DNA of 64,000 bases from an uncultured Candidatus Rokubacteria bacterium (GCA_963758635.1 CAVWWD010000005.1:288001-352000), one strand, 5' to 3'; shown: positions 1 to 13,971, counted from the stretch's first letter. Notes: generated from the sequence alone by a model not told the origin. Program-made: numbers and translations.

Positions 1-1076
1 AAGTGTCCGTACGCCGCGGTCTTCTTGTAGATGGGGCGCCGCAGGTTCAGGTACTTGATGATGCCGGCCGGGGTGAAGTCGAAGTGGCGCCGCACGAGCT
101 GCTCGAGGCGGGCCGCCGGCACCTTCCCGGTGCCGAAGGTCTCCACCATGATCGACACCGGGTCGGCCACGCCGATCGCGTAGGCCACCTGCACCTGCGC
201 GCGGTCGGCCAGCCCCGCCGCGACGATGTTCTTGGCGACGTGCCGGGCCATGTAGCACGCGGAGCGGTCGACCTTCGTCGGATCCTTGCCGGAGAACGCG
301 CCGCCGCCGTGCGGGCAGGAGCCGCCGTACGTGTCGACGATGATCTTGCGCCCGGTCAGCCCGGTGTCCCCCATGGGGCCGCCGGTGACGAACCGCCCGG
401 TGGGGTTGATGTGGAAGGTGACTTTCCCCTTCTCTACCAGCTCCGGCGGCAGCGTCGGCCGGATCACGTGCTCGGTGACGTCCTCGCGGATCCGCTCGAT
501 GGTCACGTCCGGGCTGTGCTGGGTGGAGATGACGACGGTCTCCACGCCGACGGGCTTGTCGTCGACGTAGCGCACCGACACCTGGCTCTTGCCGTCCGGC
601 CGGAGGTAGTCGATGACGCCGCTCCGGCGGACCTCGGTGAGGCGCTGCACGAGCCGGTGGGCGAGCATGATCGGCAGCGGCATCAGCTCGGGCGTCTCGC
701 GGCAGGCGTAGCCGAACATGAGGCCCTGGTCGCCTGCGCCGAGGTTGTCCACGCCCATCGCGATGTCCGGCGACTGCTTGTCGATCGCGGCGATGACGCC
801 GCAGGTGTCGCAGTCGAACCCGAACTTGGCGCGTGTGTAGCCGACCTGTCGGATGGTTTCCCGGGCGAGCCCCGGGATGTCGACGTAGCAGGACGTCGTG
901 ATCTCGCCGGCCACGACCACCAGGCCGGTGGTCACCAGGGTCTCGCAGGCGACGCGACCCGTTGGGTCCTGGCCGATGATGGCGTCGAGCACCGCATCCG
1001 AGATCTGATCGGCGATCTTGTCCGGGTGCCCTTCCGTGACCGATTCCGACGTGAAAAGGTACTCCTCACGCGCCAT
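1..1076 (-). CDS. metK: S-adenosylmethionine synthetase (runs off the window start)
   Basis: Not in the ORF track. Read manually from ATG at 1076: [20 protein letters not shown]..., later [12 protein letters not shown] and [16 protein letters not shown] motifs. Confidence 0.97.
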   Translation of the reverse strand, partial: MAREEYLFTSESVTEGHPDKIADQISDAVLDAIIGQDPTGRVACETLVTTGLVVVAGEITTSCYVDIPGLARETIRQVGYTRAKFGFDCDTCGVIAAIDKQSPDIAMGVDNLGAGDQGLMFGYACRETPELMPLPIMLAHRLVQRLTEVRRSGVIDYLRPDGKSQVSVRYVDDKPVGVETVVISTQHSPDVTIERIREDVTEHVIRPTLPPELVEKGKVTFHINPTGRFVTGGPMGDTGLTGRKIIVDTYGGSCPHGGGAFSGKDPTKVDRSACYMARHVAKNIVAAGLADRAQVQVAYAIGVADPVSIMVETFGTGKVPAARLEQLVRRHFDFTPAGIIKYLNLRRPIYKKTAAYGH

Positions 1077-1171
1077 CGAGCCCTCCTCCCCGGCTCCCGC
1101 GGGGTGAGCCGAACCGTTTTAGCACGCAGTCACGGCACGTTAGCACAGGGACTCCGAGGCCTCAAGGCGAA

Positions 1172-3286
1172 TCATATGGAGGGAGCGCGGCGCCGGCAGA
1201 CGAGCGACAGCTCGACCTCCCAGTCCGCGCCGGGCACGAGCTCGATCGGCCAGGCCACGAGGATGGCCGAGCCCTGGTAGATGCGCTCGAAGCCGGCTTC
1301 CGAGAGGGACACGGTCTCCACCGGCGCCCAGCCGAGGTCGCCGGGCCGGCTCCAGCCGACATCGACCTCCGCTCCCAGCCACTCGTCGACCATGGCGAGG
1401 TCGCGCGCGGCCTCGCGCCTGCCGCAACTGCCAAGGGACGGCTGCCCGGGCAGCCGGTAGAAGCGTCCCGGGGCGTCCCCCGCGGTGAGAGCCAGGTTGA
1501 GCTGCACGGCCCAGCGGGCGCGCAGCGTCTCGGCTCCGCTCCAGCGGAGCCGGTAGCGCGCGATCACGCCGGCGCCGACGTGCGCGATGCTCACCTGCTT
1601 GTCCACGGCGAGCGGCACGTCGCCGGCGGGCTCGAGGGCCAGACGGACCTCGGTGTGCGTGGTGGTCTCGGCCACCGCGTGGCGCATGCGGAGGGCGCCG
1701 AGCGCCACGCGCGCGGCCGGCCACGGATGGAGCGCGTCGAGGGGCGCCGGCCCGGGGGGAAACAGGCCGTCGAGCAGCGAGGCGCGCCGGAACGCGTCCT
1801 CGGCGAGCCGCGCGGCGAGGCCTGCCTCCTTGGCCTCCGGCGCGTCGTGGATGTTCCGCACGCCATCCGTCCGCTGACCCGGGGCATCCCGTTTCCTGAG
1901 CTGGCGGTGATACACCTCGCGGCGCCGCGCGAGCACGTCGGCCAGGTCCACGCCCGCGGGGAAGAACACCAGCTCGGTCAGGGTGCCGCCCGCCGCCGGC
2001 TCGACAGTGACGGCGAGCTCGGCGCTGCGCACGCGCACCTCGACCTGTCCGTCGCCGTCGAGGTCCCCCTCCTCCGTCATCCGCGCGGGCAGGGCGCCCG
2101 CGGCCACCAGGCGCGCCTCCGCGCCGGCCAGGGCAGTGCGCGCGGCCCGTCGCAGGTGGGGCAGATAGCAGCCGCCGAACACCCCGTGCCAGTAGGCGTC
2201 GTTGGCCTGCCCTCGCCACAGAAGCTCGCGCGCCTCGATGAGCGCGGGGTCGCCGGGCCGGGCGGCGAGGGCGTCGCGCACGCGGTGCGAGAGGCGGAGC
2301 ATGCGCCAGTAGGCGTCGCCCACCTCCGGGTACTTCACGAGGAACCCCCGCCAGAACCCTCCACGGAGGAGCCGCACGAGCCGCTCGCCGTCGGGCAGCG
2401 CCCGCAGGCGCTCCGCGGTCTCCTCGAGGTCTAGGGCGGCGGCGGCGGGCAGCGACCACTCGCCCATCTCCGTGTACGACGCGGTCGGCAGATAGGCGCG
2501 CCCGGTCGCCGGCGCGCCGTCCAGGTAGCGCGAGAACGTGGTCACGGCGAGCCCGGGCGCGGCGGCGAGCGCCTCGAAGAAGCGCGGCAGCCATCGCTCC
2601 TTGTAGCAGAGGGCGTGGGTGCCGGGCCAGACGCCGAACTTCTCACCGTCGTCGACCAGCGTGACCGCGCCGGCGCCCTCGCGCGTGGCGAGGTAGCGCA
2701 CGCTCTCCCCGGGATCCGAAAACGGCACCAGGTAGCGGAGCCGGCGGCTGATCGGGAACACGGCGAGCCGCGCCCCCTGCTCCTCGGTGAGGTAGTAGCC
2801 GCCGAGGGTCTCCGGGTCGAAGCCGACGAGGGCGAAGTGCTGGTCGTCGACCAGGACGAACTCGACGCCGGCCTCGACGAGGGCGCGCGGCAGATGCGGC
2901 TCCCAGACCCGCTCGGCCAGCCACATGCCGCGGGCGCGCACGCCGAGCTCGCGGCGCAGGAACTCGGTCAGGGCCTGGATCTGGCCGACCTTGTCCCAGT
3001 CCGGCAGCATCGGCAGCACCGGCTCGTAGAAGCCGCCGGTGAGGAGCTCCACGCGGCCGGCGGCGGCCAGCGTCCCGAGGCGGTCGAAGGTGGGGCGGGC
3101 GTGCTCGCGGAACCAGGCGAGGAGGCCGCCCGAGCAGTGCACGGTGATGGCGAGGTCGTCCACGTCGGCGAGGCAGCGCAGGAACGGGTCGTACGCCTGC
3201 ACGGTCGCCTCGTGGACGACCGACTCGAAGTTGCCCACGGGCTGGTGGTTGTGGATGCCGAAGAGGAACGACCGCCGCTCACTCAC
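1172..3286 (-). CDS. GH57 family alpha-amylase/4-alpha-glucanotransferase with C-terminal domain
   Basis: HNHQPVGN, GMWLAERVWEP, DDGEKFGVWP, YLPTASYTEMGEW and QANDAYWHGVFGG motifs typical of GH57. Confidence 0.9.
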   Translation of the reverse strand: MSERRSFLFGIHNHQPVGNFESVVHEATVQAYDPFLRCLADVDDLAITVHCSGGLLAWFREHARPTFDRLGTLAAAGRVELLTGGFYEPVLPMLPDWDKVGQIQALTEFLRRELGVRARGMWLAERVWEPHLPRALVEAGVEFVLVDDQHFALVGFDPETLGGYYLTEEQGARLAVFPISRRLRYLVPFSDPGESVRYLATREGAGAVTLVDDGEKFGVWPGTHALCYKERWLPRFFEALAAAPGLAVTTFSRYLDGAPATGRAYLPTASYTEMGEWSLPAAAALDLEETAERLRALPDGERLVRLLRGGFWRGFLVKYPEVGDAYWRMLRLSHRVRDALAARPGDPALIEARELLWRGQANDAYWHGVFGGCYLPHLRRAARTALAGAEARLVAAGALPARMTEEGDLDGDGQVEVRVRSAELAVTVEPAAGGTLTELVFFPAGVDLADVLARRREVYHRQLRKRDAPGQRTDGVRNIHDAPEAKEAGLAARLAEDAFRRASLLDGLFPPGPAPLDALHPWPAARVALGALRMRHAVAETTTHTEVRLALEPAGDVPLAVDKQVSIAHVGAGVIARYRLRWSGAETLRARWAVQLNLALTAGDAPGRFYRLPGQPSLGSCGRREAARDLAMVDEWLGAEVDVGWSRPGDLGWAPVETVSLSEAGFERIYQGSAILVAWPIELVPGADWEVELSLVCRRRAPSI

Positions 3287-4172
3287 GGCCGAGGTCGCGG
3301 TGGCGGACGAGCGGCGGGAACCCGAGCTTCTCGAGGCGTCCTCGGAGCGCCTCCACCACGGCCACCGACCGGTGCCGGCCGCCTGTGCAGCCGATCGCCA
3401 CCGATAGGTAGGCTTTGCCCTCCCGCCGGTACAGCGGGAGGAGGAACTCGACCAGGCTGCCCAGCCGGTCGAGGAGCTCGCAGCTCTCCGCGTGCGAGAA
3501 GACGAAGTCCGCCACCGGCGCGTCCCGGCCGTCGAGCGCGCGCAGCCCGGAGACGAAGTGCGGGTTGGGCAGGAAGCGCACGTCGAAGACGAGGTCGGCG
3601 TCGTAGGGGATGCCGTGCTTGTAGCCGAACGAGACGAGCGACACCGTGAGCACGCCGGCCTCCCGGGGCGCGGCGTAGATGTTGATCAGCTGCTCCTTGA
3701 GCTGGTGCACGGTGAGGCCGGTGGTGTCGATGATGCGATCGGCCACCTCGCGCAGGTACGCCAGGGCCTTCCGCTCGGCCTGGATCCCGTCGCCCACGTT
3801 GCCGTCGCCGGCCAGCGGGTGGCGACGGCGGGTCTCGTGGTAACGCCGCACCAGCACCTCGTCGGACGCCTCCAGGAACAGGACCTCCGGGACGTGTCCC
3901 TTCCCGCGGAGCTCCTGGAGGATCTCCAGGAGGTGGTCGAGGTACGCGCCCTCCCGCACGTCCACGCCGAGCGCGATCTTGCGGATGTCGCGGTGGGAGT
4001 GGCCGCACAGCTCGACGAACGTCGGGATCAGGGTCGTGGGCAGGTTGTCCACGCAGAAGTAGCTCAGATCCTCGAGGCACTTGATGGCGTAGCTCTTCCC
4101 CGCCCCGCTGAGCCCCGTGATGATCACGAAGCGGAGCGCGTCCGTCTCGATGGGAACCGGGGACAGGCTCAC
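3279..4172 (-). CDS. rapZ: RNase adapter protein RapZ (YvcJ/UPF0042)
   Basis: GLSGAGKS P-loop, CVDNLP, DVRFLPNP, IGCTGGRHRSV. Confidence 0.95.
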   Translation of the reverse strand: MSLSPVPIETDALRFVIITGLSGAGKSYAIKCLEDLSYFCVDNLPTTLIPTFVELCGHSHRDIRKIALGVDVREGAYLDHLLEILQELRGKGHVPEVLFLEASDEVLVRRYHETRRRHPLAGDGNVGDGIQAERKALAYLREVADRIIDTTGLTVHQLKEQLINIYAAPREAGVLTVSLVSFGYKHGIPYDADLVFDVRFLPNPHFVSGLRALDGRDAPVADFVFSHAESCELLDRLGSLVEFLLPLYRREGKAYLSVAIGCTGGRHRSVAVVEALRGRLEKLGFPPLVRHRDLGRE

Positions 4173-4696
4173 GCGACCGGCTCGATGAGGCCGAGGCCGC
4201 CGTCCTTGCGGCGGTACAGGACGTTGACGGCCTCGGTGCGCGCGTTCTCGAACACCAGGAACTGCTCGCGCCCGAGCCGGAACTGCTCCACCGCTTCCTC
4301 GACGGACATGGGCTTCGGCGCGACCTGCCGGACCACGAGGTCGCGGACGGCGGGTGGCGTCGCCGGCGCGGCGGGGGCAAGGGGCCGGCGCACCCCCGCG
4401 CGCCGCGCCTTGTGAGCGCGCGCCCGGTCCTTGGCCTGGCGCACCTGGCGGGCGAGCGCAGCCACGGCCAGGTCCACCGCGACGGCGAGATCCTCGTCGG
4501 TCTCCGCGCTGTGGAAGGTGTGGTGCTTGGCCACCAGGCTCAACGCCGCCGTCCGCCGATGCTTCTCGCGCGAGAGCACGATGCGCGCCTCGAGGGGCTT
4601 CGGGGTCAGGCGCTCGAGCTTGGCGAGACGGCGCGAGAGGGCGTCCTTGTAGGTCGTCGAGATCGTGAGGCCGCGCGCGCTGATGATGAGCTGCAT
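4169..4696 (-). CDS. hpf: Ribosome hibernation factor (long HPF/RaiA)
   Basis: Lies downstream of rpoN; C-terminal KPMSVEEAV...NVLYRRKDGGLGLIEP. Confidence 0.9.
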   Translation of the reverse strand: MQLIISARGLTISTTYKDALSRRLAKLERLTPKPLEARIVLSREKHRRTAALSLVAKHHTFHSAETDEDLAVAVDLAVAALARQVRQAKDRARAHKARRAGVRRPLAPAAPATPPAVRDLVVRQVAPKPMSVEEAVEQFRLGREQFLVFENARTEAVNVLYRRKDGGLGLIEPVA

Positions 4697-4710
4697 GGCG
4701 GCGTGACCGA

Positions 4711-6167
4711 CTAGCGCTTCCGGGGGACGAGCCGCCGCTGGTGGGACGGCAGGATGTTCAGCTCCTCGCGGTACTTCGCCACGGTGCGCCGAGCGATGTT
4801 GAGCCCCTTCGCGTGCAGCGCGCCCGCCACGTCCTGATCGGACAGCGGCTTGCCGGAGTCCTCGGCCTCGACCAGGTCCCGGATCATCTTCTTCACCGAC
4901 ACCGACGACACCACCTCGCCGTTGCTCGAGGGGATGCCGCTGTGGAAGAAGTACTTGAGCTCGAACAGGCCCTGCGGCGTCTGCACGTACTTGTTGGTCG
5001 TCACGCGGCTGATCGTGGACTCGTGCATGCCGATGTCCTCACCCACGTCGCGGAGGGCGAGCGGACGCAGGTGCGTCAGGCCCTTGTCGAGGAAGTCGCG
5101 CTGGAACTTGACGAGGCTGTGCGCGACCTTGCGGAGGGTGCGCTGCCGCTGCTCCACGCTCTTGATGAGCCAGAGGGCGGAGCGGACCTTCTGCTCCACG
5201 AACGACTTGTCCTCGCCGGCGGAGCCGCGCAGGAGCGACCGGTAGAGCGAGTTCACGCGCAGGCGCGGGATGCCTTCCTCGTTGAGGATCACCACGTACT
5301 CCCCGCCCACCTTCTGCACCGTCACGTCGGGCGAGATGTAGCGCGACTCCACGATGGCGAAGCGGCGGCCCGGCTTCGGCTCCAGGCCCTGGATCTCCTC
5401 GATCGACTCCATGATCCGGTCCACCGGAAGCTTCATGACCCGGGCGATCTCGGCGTACCGGCGGCGCTCGAGGTCGTCGAGATGACGCTCGAGGATCTCC
5501 ACCGTCACCGGGTCGGGCATCGGGATCGGCGCGGATCTGGAGCAGCAGGCACTCCTGGATGCTGCGCGCGGCCACGCCGGTGGGATCGAAGCCCTGCACC
5601 AGCGCGAGCACCTTCTGCCACGTCCTCGGCGGGCTGGCCCACGAGCCCGGCGATCTCGCCGACCTCGGCGCGGAGGTAGCCGTCGTCGTCCAGGTTGCCG
5701 ATGATGCTCTCGCCGATGCCGATGATCGTCTCGTCGTCGGTGGCGTGCCGGAGCTGCTCGGTAAGGTGCTCGGTGAGCGAGGTCTCACGGCTGCCGAGGT
5801 TCTCGAACGGCATCTCCTCCCGCTCCTCGGTGGAGACGGGGGTACGCTCGTCGTGCTGGTCCCACATCGCCGAGGTCAGGTCGAAGGGCAGGTCGGAGGC
5901 GCGCTCCTCCTCGACCGTGCTCGTCTCCTTCGACACCGGCTCCGTGACCCCCGGCGCGGTCATGGGCTCCATCTGCTCGGCCACCTGCTCTTCCTGCGGG
6001 GCGTCCGGGCTGTTGTCGGGGGTGACCTCCTCGAGCAGGGGGTTCTCGTTGAGCTCCTGCTCGACGACCTCCTTCAGCTCGAGGGTGGAGAGCTGCAGGA
6101 GCTGGATGGCCTGCTGCAGCAACGGGGTCATGACGAGCCGCTGGGTCTGGCGCAAGGCAAGTCGCAT
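4711..6167 (-). CDS. rpoN: RNA polymerase sigma-54 factor; two apparent frameshifts near 5620-5640 and 5520
   Basis: N-terminus MTPLLQQAIQLLQL; middle frame VQGFDPTGVAARSIQECLLLQ; C-terminal HESTISRVTTNKY and RpoN box ARRTVAKYRE. Split across three ORFs. Confidence 0.93.
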
Positions 6168-6186
6168 GGCTCAAGCCTTTTTCGAG

Positions 6187-6217
6187 ATGGGGGGGAGCGG
6201 CGCCGCTCCTCCCCCAT
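6187..6217. repeat. Near-perfect 31-bp palindrome (REP-like hairpin) between lptB and rpoN
   Basis: atgggggggagcggc|gccgctcctcccccat, with one unpaired base. Confidence 0.7.
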
Positions 6218-6333
6218 GCCCCCCCACCACAACGTTTCGTGCGTGGGAGGCAGATGTCATTCCTGGCCGGTGGCTTCTCATCCGGACCATCGTCGCTGCT
6301 CCTCCCCTCGCGGCTCGTCCGAGCTCGCTCCGC

Positions 6334-7056
6334 TCACAGGGAGAACTTCTCACCGAGGTAAATCTCGCGGACGCGCGGGTTCTGGGCCAGCTCCGACGCG
6401 GTGCCGGCGGCCAGGATCTGGCCGTCGTACAGGATGTAGGCACGGTCGGTGATGGCCAGCGTCTCGCGGACGTTGTGATCGGTGATGAGGACCCCGATGC
6501 CGCGCTCCTTCAGCCGCGCGACGATCTCCTGGATGTCGCCGATGGCGATGGGGTCGATGCCGGTGAAGGGCTCGTCGAGCAGCAGGTATCGGGGCTGGGT
6601 CACGAGCGCGCGTGTGATCTCGAGGCGCCGCCGCTCGCCCCCCGACAGCGTGAAGGCCTTGTGGCGGGCCAGCGGCGCGAGGTCGAGCTCGTCGAGCAGC
6701 TCGCGCAGGCGCTCGCTTCGCTCGGTCTCGTTGAGGTCGAGGGTCTCGAGGATGGCGAGCAGGTTCTCCTCGACCGTGAGCTTCCGGAACACCGACGACT
6801 CCTGCGGCAGGTAGCCCATGCCCTGCCGGCAGCGCATGTACATCGGGAGATCCGTGATGTCCTGCCCCTCGAGGAAGATGCGCCCGCCCTCGGGCCGCAG
6901 CAGCCCCACGATCATGTAGAACGACGTGGTCTTGCCCGCGCCGTTCGGCCCGAGCAGCCCGACGACCTCGCCCCGGTGGATGTCGAGGCTCACGCGGTCG
7001 ACCACCAGCCGGCTGCGGAACCGCTTGATCAAGCCCTGGGCGATGAGGCCTTCCAT
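6334..7056 (-). CDS. lptB: LPS export ABC transporter ATPase
   Basis: [50 protein letters not shown]. Confidence 0.96.
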   Translation of the reverse strand: MEGLIAQGLIKRFRSRLVVDRVSLDIHRGEVVGLLGPNGAGKTTSFYMIVGLLRPEGGRIFLEGQDITDLPMYMRCRQGMGYLPQESSVFRKLTVEENLLAILETLDLNETERSERLRELLDELDLAPLARHKAFTLSGGERRRLEITRALVTQPRYLLLDEPFTGIDPIAIGDIQEIVARLKERGIGVLITDHNVRETLAITDRAYILYDGQILAAGTASELAQNPRVREIYLGEKFSL

Positions 7057-7061
7057 GCGAA

Positions 7062-7170
7062 TGCACGCTTAGGGAAACGTGGTGGCGCTTGGGCTTCGCG
7101 CGGGATCGATGATCGACTGCACGCTTATGGACAGATGGTGGCGCTTGGCGTTCGCATGGGATCGACTGCG
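7062..7170. repeat. Two degenerate 56-bp direct repeats between lptA and lptB
   Basis: tgcacgcttagggaaacgtggtggcgcttgg... at 7062 and tgcacgcttatggacagatggtggcgcttgg... at 7118. Confidence 0.75.
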
Positions 7171-7245
7171 TTGCGGCCCGAAGCGCCCCCGCGCCCCCGG
7201 CCGCGGACGACCCGCGCGGGACAGCTCCGATATCTGGCCGTTCGG

Positions 7246-7914
7246 TCAGGAGCATGTCTTGGCGGGCTTGGGGGCACCGTCGGGGGGCTTGGGCTGGTCG
7301 TCGCGCTTCTGGTGGAAGACGGCCTTCACGCGTTCCTGGCGGCCGCCCTCGACCACGCTCCGGTCCTCGGCCATGTACATCGTGATGCGCTCGCCGGTGA
7401 CCACGTTGTCGTCCTGCCACACGCGCGCGTTGCCGATCAGGATCACGCGCTGCTCGGCGTCGTAGTACTCGGCGCGGCGCGCGGTGCCGGTGCGGCAGTC
7501 CTTGGTGATGATGCGGACGCTCCCCGTGGACACCGTCCGCACGATGCGATCGCCCGACGCGTCCAGGTACACCTCCAGGCGGTCCGCGTACTGGACGGAG
7601 CCGTCCTGACGTGCCACGACGTTGCCGGTGAAGATGACGAGGCCTTCCTTCTGGAGCGACTCGAGCTGGTCCGCATCGACCGTCACCGGCTGCGCCTGCT
7701 TGCCGGTGGCCGCGGGCTCGCTCGTGCCCGCCTTGCCACCCGCGTCGGCCGGCCGCGACGGTCCGGAGGCCGCCGGGCTGGGCGCCGTCGGGCTCGAGGC
7801 CGCGGGGCGACGCGGCGTGGACGACTGCGCGCTCGCCTCGTCGGGCGCCACCACGGCGAGCGTCAGGGCCGCCGCGAGTGCCACCGCGAGCCCGGCCATC
7901 GCGCGCGTGCTCAT
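7246..7914 (-). CDS. lptA: LPS transport periplasmic protein LptA
   Basis: Signal peptide from ATG 7914; OstA-like VTVDADQLE...FTGNVVARQ...LIGNARVWQDDN; lies between lptC and lptB. Confidence 0.88.
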   Translation of the reverse strand: MSTRAMAGLAVALAAALTLAVVAPDEASAQSSTPRRPAASSPTAPSPAASGPSRPADAGGKAGTSEPAATGKQAQPVTVDADQLESLQKEGLVIFTGNVVARQDGSVQYADRLEVYLDASGDRIVRTVSTGSVRIITKDCRTGTARRAEYYDAEQRVILIGNARVWQDDNVVTGERITMYMAEDRSVVEGGRQERVKAVFHQKRDDQPKPPDGAPKPAKTCS

Positions 7915-8483
7915 CGGCCGGCCTTCGCGTCGAACACCGCGCGCACCGGACCCTTCACCGTCGTGATCTGCTTGTCCACGAACGCCTCCAGTCCGCCACC
8001 CTTCACCACCGCGCCCGGGCGGTACAAGGTGACGGGCTCGTTGGTCCAGGCGCGCTGCTCGGTGCCTTGCCAGGACAGCCGCGTCGTCTCGAGCCGGAGA
8101 CCGTCGCTCGACACCAGGACGACATTGCCTCGCAGCTCCACGTCCTTGCTCGCCTGCACCATTTCCGCCTCGTCTCCCGTGACCGTCCAGGTCTGGCCGC
8201 CCTTCTCGATGCCGATCCGGACCTTCTTCAGGATGGTCTTGCCCGACTGCTCGAACGTCTCGGCCTGGGCAGCGTCGAGCTGCCACTTGGTGCCGTCACG
8301 CCCCTCCTCGCGGAGCTGGACCTCCTTGACCCGGTAATCGGCTTTCGTCGGCTCCGACTGGGCGACCTCCGACCGCGTGGCCCGCCCCTTTGCGACCAGC
8401 ATGGTGACGATGGTCGCCACGAAGAGGACCACACCTATGAGGATAACGCGCGCGACGAACCTGGTATGCAAAATCAATACCAC
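7911..8483 (-). CDS. lptC: LPS export protein LptC
   Basis: N-terminal TM helix followed by beta-jellyroll-like sequence; synteny. Start uncertain. Confidence 0.82.
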   Translation of the reverse strand: MVLILHTRFVARVILIGVVLFVATIVTMLVAKGRATRSEVAQSEPTKADYRVKEVQLREEGRDGTKWQLDAAQAETFEQSGKTILKKVRIGIEKGGQTWTVTGDEAEMVQASKDVELRGNVVLVSSDGLRLETTRLSWQGTEQRAWTNEPVTLYRPGAVVKGGGLEAFVDKQITTVKGPVRAVFDAKAGR

Positions 8484-8544
8484 CCTAGCACACGATGCGG
8501 CGGCGGCGCAACGAGAAGACTGACGCCGGTTTTGGGCTCGGTGT

Positions 8545-9072
8545 CTAACTTCTCGACGGTGGCCAGGCCCCCCGGGCCTTCAAGAGCAACTCTACCGCCT
8601 CCCTCACCGCTCCCGCGCCGCCGTGGCGGCTCGCCACCCAGTCGGCGGCGCGCCGCACCTCGGCCACCGCGTTGCCGGGAGCCAGCGCGAGGCCCGCGAG
8701 ACGCATCGGCGCGAGATCCGGGAGGTCATCGCCCATCACCGCCACCTCCGGCGCCGCGACGCCGAGCCGGGACATCGTCGCGGCGAGCACCGCGCCCTTG
8801 TCCGAGACCGCCTGGTGCACCTCGGTCACGCCCAGCTCGGCGAGGCGCCGCGTCACCGCGGGCGAGGCGCGGCCGGAGATGACGGCCAGCTCGAGGCCGG
8901 CGCGCCGCGCCTCGACCAGGGCCAGGCCGTCCTGCACGTCGAAGCGCTTCCACTCCTCGCCAGACGGGCCGTACAGGAGTCCGCCGTCGGTGAGGACGCC
9001 GTCAACGTCGAGGACGAGGAGCTTGACCCGGGCCGCGCGCGCGGCGAGCGTCCGGCGAGGGCGCGCGGCCAC
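8545..9072 (-). CDS. kdsC: KDO 8-phosphate phosphatase (HAD)
   Basis: DVDGVLTDG, MGDDLPD, GGAGAVREAVE. Confidence 0.93.
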   Translation of the reverse strand: MAARPRRTLAARAARVKLLVLDVDGVLTDGGLLYGPSGEEWKRFDVQDGLALVEARRAGLELAVISGRASPAVTRRLAELGVTEVHQAVSDKGAVLAATMSRLGVAAPEVAVMGDDLPDLAPMRLAGLALAPGNAVAEVRRAADWVASRHGGAGAVREAVELLLKARGAWPPSRS

Positions 9073-9078
9073 GGCTAG

Positions 9079-9157
9079 TGAGCCCCGCGCATGAGACGGT
9101 AATGCCGAGCGGGGGGACGGTAGAGGGCCGTGGCAGTGACCGTATTCTGCGGGGTCA
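9079..9157 (+). mobile_element. ~78-bp MITE-like element, copy 1 (degenerate)
   Basis: ctag|tgagccccgcgcat...tattctgcggggtca|caag; homologous to the copies at 15096, 17204, 43663, 47459 and 59759. Confidence 0.8.
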
Positions 9158-10141
9158 CAAGACGATCTTCGCGCGCAGGATGTCGTGCAGGTGGATGACG
9201 CCCTCGGGGCGTCCGAGCGCGTCGGTGATGACGAGGCTCGTGATGGGGCGGGGCTCGTGCGCTTCCATCGCGTCGAGGGCGCGCACGGCGAGCTCGTCGC
9301 GGCCCACGCGCGAAGGGTTCGTCGTCATGCACTCGGCCACCGTCCGGTCGAGCAGCGCGCCGCCCGCGAGCTGGAGCCGCCGCAGGTCGCCGTCGGTGAG
9401 GATGCCGACGAGCCGGCCCTCGGCGTCGGTCACCGTGGTCATGCCGAGCTGCTTGGACGTCATCTCCTCGATCGCCTGCTTCATCGTCGCGGTGTCGGCC
9501 ACGCAGGGCACCGCGTCGCCCGTGTGCATCAGGTCCGAGACCCTGAACAGCGACTTCCACCCGAGGCTGCCCGCGGGGTGCACGGCGGCGTAGTCCTCCG
9601 GACCGAGCCCGCGCGTCTCGAGGAGGGCCATGGCGAGGGCGTCGCCCATGGCGAGGGCGGCGGTGGTGCTGGAGGTCGGGGCCAGGTTCATCGGGCACGC
9701 TTCCTCGGGCACGCCCACGTCCACGACGACGTCCGACTGCCGCGCGAGCGACGACGCCGGATCGCCGGTCAGGAGCACGAGGGGAACGCCGAGGCGCTTG
9801 ATCACGGGCAGGAGGGCGAGCACCTCGCCGGTCTCACCCGAGTTCGACAGCGCGAGGACGACGTCGTCACGGGCCACCATCCCCAGATCGCCGTGCACGC
9901 CCTCGGCGGGGTGGAGGAAGTAGGCGGGCGTTCCGGTGGACGCGAGCGTGGCCGCGATCTTCCGCCCCACGTGGCTGGACTTGCCCATGCCGGTGACGAT
10001 CACCCGCCCGCGGCACCGGTAGAGCTGGTCGACGGCGTCGAGGAAGCGCGCATCGAGCCGCTCGGCCACGGCGCGGATGGCCTCCGCCTCGAGGCCGAGC
10101 ACGCGCCGGGCGAGCGCGAGGAGATCTCGAGGCGCCATCAC
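9155..10141 (-). CDS. kdsD: Arabinose 5-phosphate isomerase (KpsF/GutQ; SIS plus CBS domains)
   Basis: [34 protein letters not shown]-terminal CBS pair. Confidence 0.95.
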   Translation of the reverse strand: MMAPRDLLALARRVLGLEAEAIRAVAERLDARFLDAVDQLYRCRGRVIVTGMGKSSHVGRKIAATLASTGTPAYFLHPAEGVHGDLGMVARDDVVLALSNSGETGEVLALLPVIKRLGVPLVLLTGDPASSLARQSDVVVDVGVPEEACPMNLAPTSSTTAALAMGDALAMALLETRGLGPEDYAAVHPAGSLGWKSLFRVSDLMHTGDAVPCVADTATMKQAIEEMTSKQLGMTTVTDAEGRLVGILTDGDLRRLQLAGGALLDRTVAECMTTNPSRVGRDELAVRALDAMEAHEPRPITSLVITDALGRPEGVIHLHDILRAKIVL

Positions 10142-10979
10142 CCGCCCAGCCCCGCGCGGATCGCCCGGATCTCGTCGAGCAGGCGCGGCAGGTCGTCGAG
10201 CCGGAGCATGTTCGGGCCGTCGGACAGCGGCCGCCCGTCGGGCAGGGTCCGGTCGGGATCCTCGTGCATCTCCATGAAGAGCGCGTCCACCCCCACCGCG
10301 ACGGCGGCGCGCGCGAGGGCGGCCACGTACTGGCGCTCGCCGCCCGAGCGCGTGCCCTCGCCCCCGGGGAGCTGCACGGAGTGGGTGGCGTCGAACACCA
10401 CCGGATAGCCCATCGCCTGCATGATGGGCAGGCCCCGGAAGTCCACGACCAGGTTGTTGTAGCCGAAGCTCGTGCCGCGCTCGGTGAGCAGGATACCCTC
10501 GTTGCCGGTGGACCGGACCTTGTCGACCATGTTCGACATGTCGCGCGGCGCGACGAACTGCCCCTTCTTCACGTTCACCGGCTTACCGGTGCGCCCGCAC
10601 GCCAGCAGCAGGTCGGTCTGGCGGCACAGGAAGGCCGGCACCTGGAGGACGTCGAGCACCTCGGCCGCCGGCTCCACCTCGGACACGTCGTGCACGTCGG
10701 AGAGCACGGGGAGCCCGGTGACCGCCTTCACCTTCCTCAAGATCCGCAGCCCCTCCACGAGGCCGGGGCCGCGATACGAGCGGACGGAGAACCGGTTGGC
10801 CTTGTCGTAGGACGACTTGTAGACGAACGGCACGCCCGCCGAGTCGGTGATCCGCTGGAGCCGCTCGGCCACCATCAGGGCGTGGCGCTCGCTCTCGATC
10901 GCGCACGGGCCGCCGATGACGGCGAGCGGCGAGCCGCCGCCGACGGCGACACCGCCGATCCTGACGACGCGTGTGCCCG

Positions 10980-10983
<4 letters not shown>
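10138..10983 (-). CDS. kdsA: KDO 8-phosphate synthase
   Basis: [46 protein letters not shown] start at 10983. Confidence 0.95.
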
Positions 10984-13969
<2,986 letters not shown>

Positions 13970-13971
13970 GG

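Noticed and set aside
1077..1171. SAM riboswitch upstream of metK
   Set aside because: The gap is under 100 bp and I see no SAM-I core motifs; smaller SAM classes cannot be excluded without an Rfam scan.
3..1280. 425-aa plus-strand ORF and other long antisense ORFs (e.g. 5695-8337, 20622-24599, 32707-35835)
   Set aside because: Shadow ORFs of GC-rich genes on the opposite strand or in another frame; the real gene at 1-1076 is metK on the minus strand.
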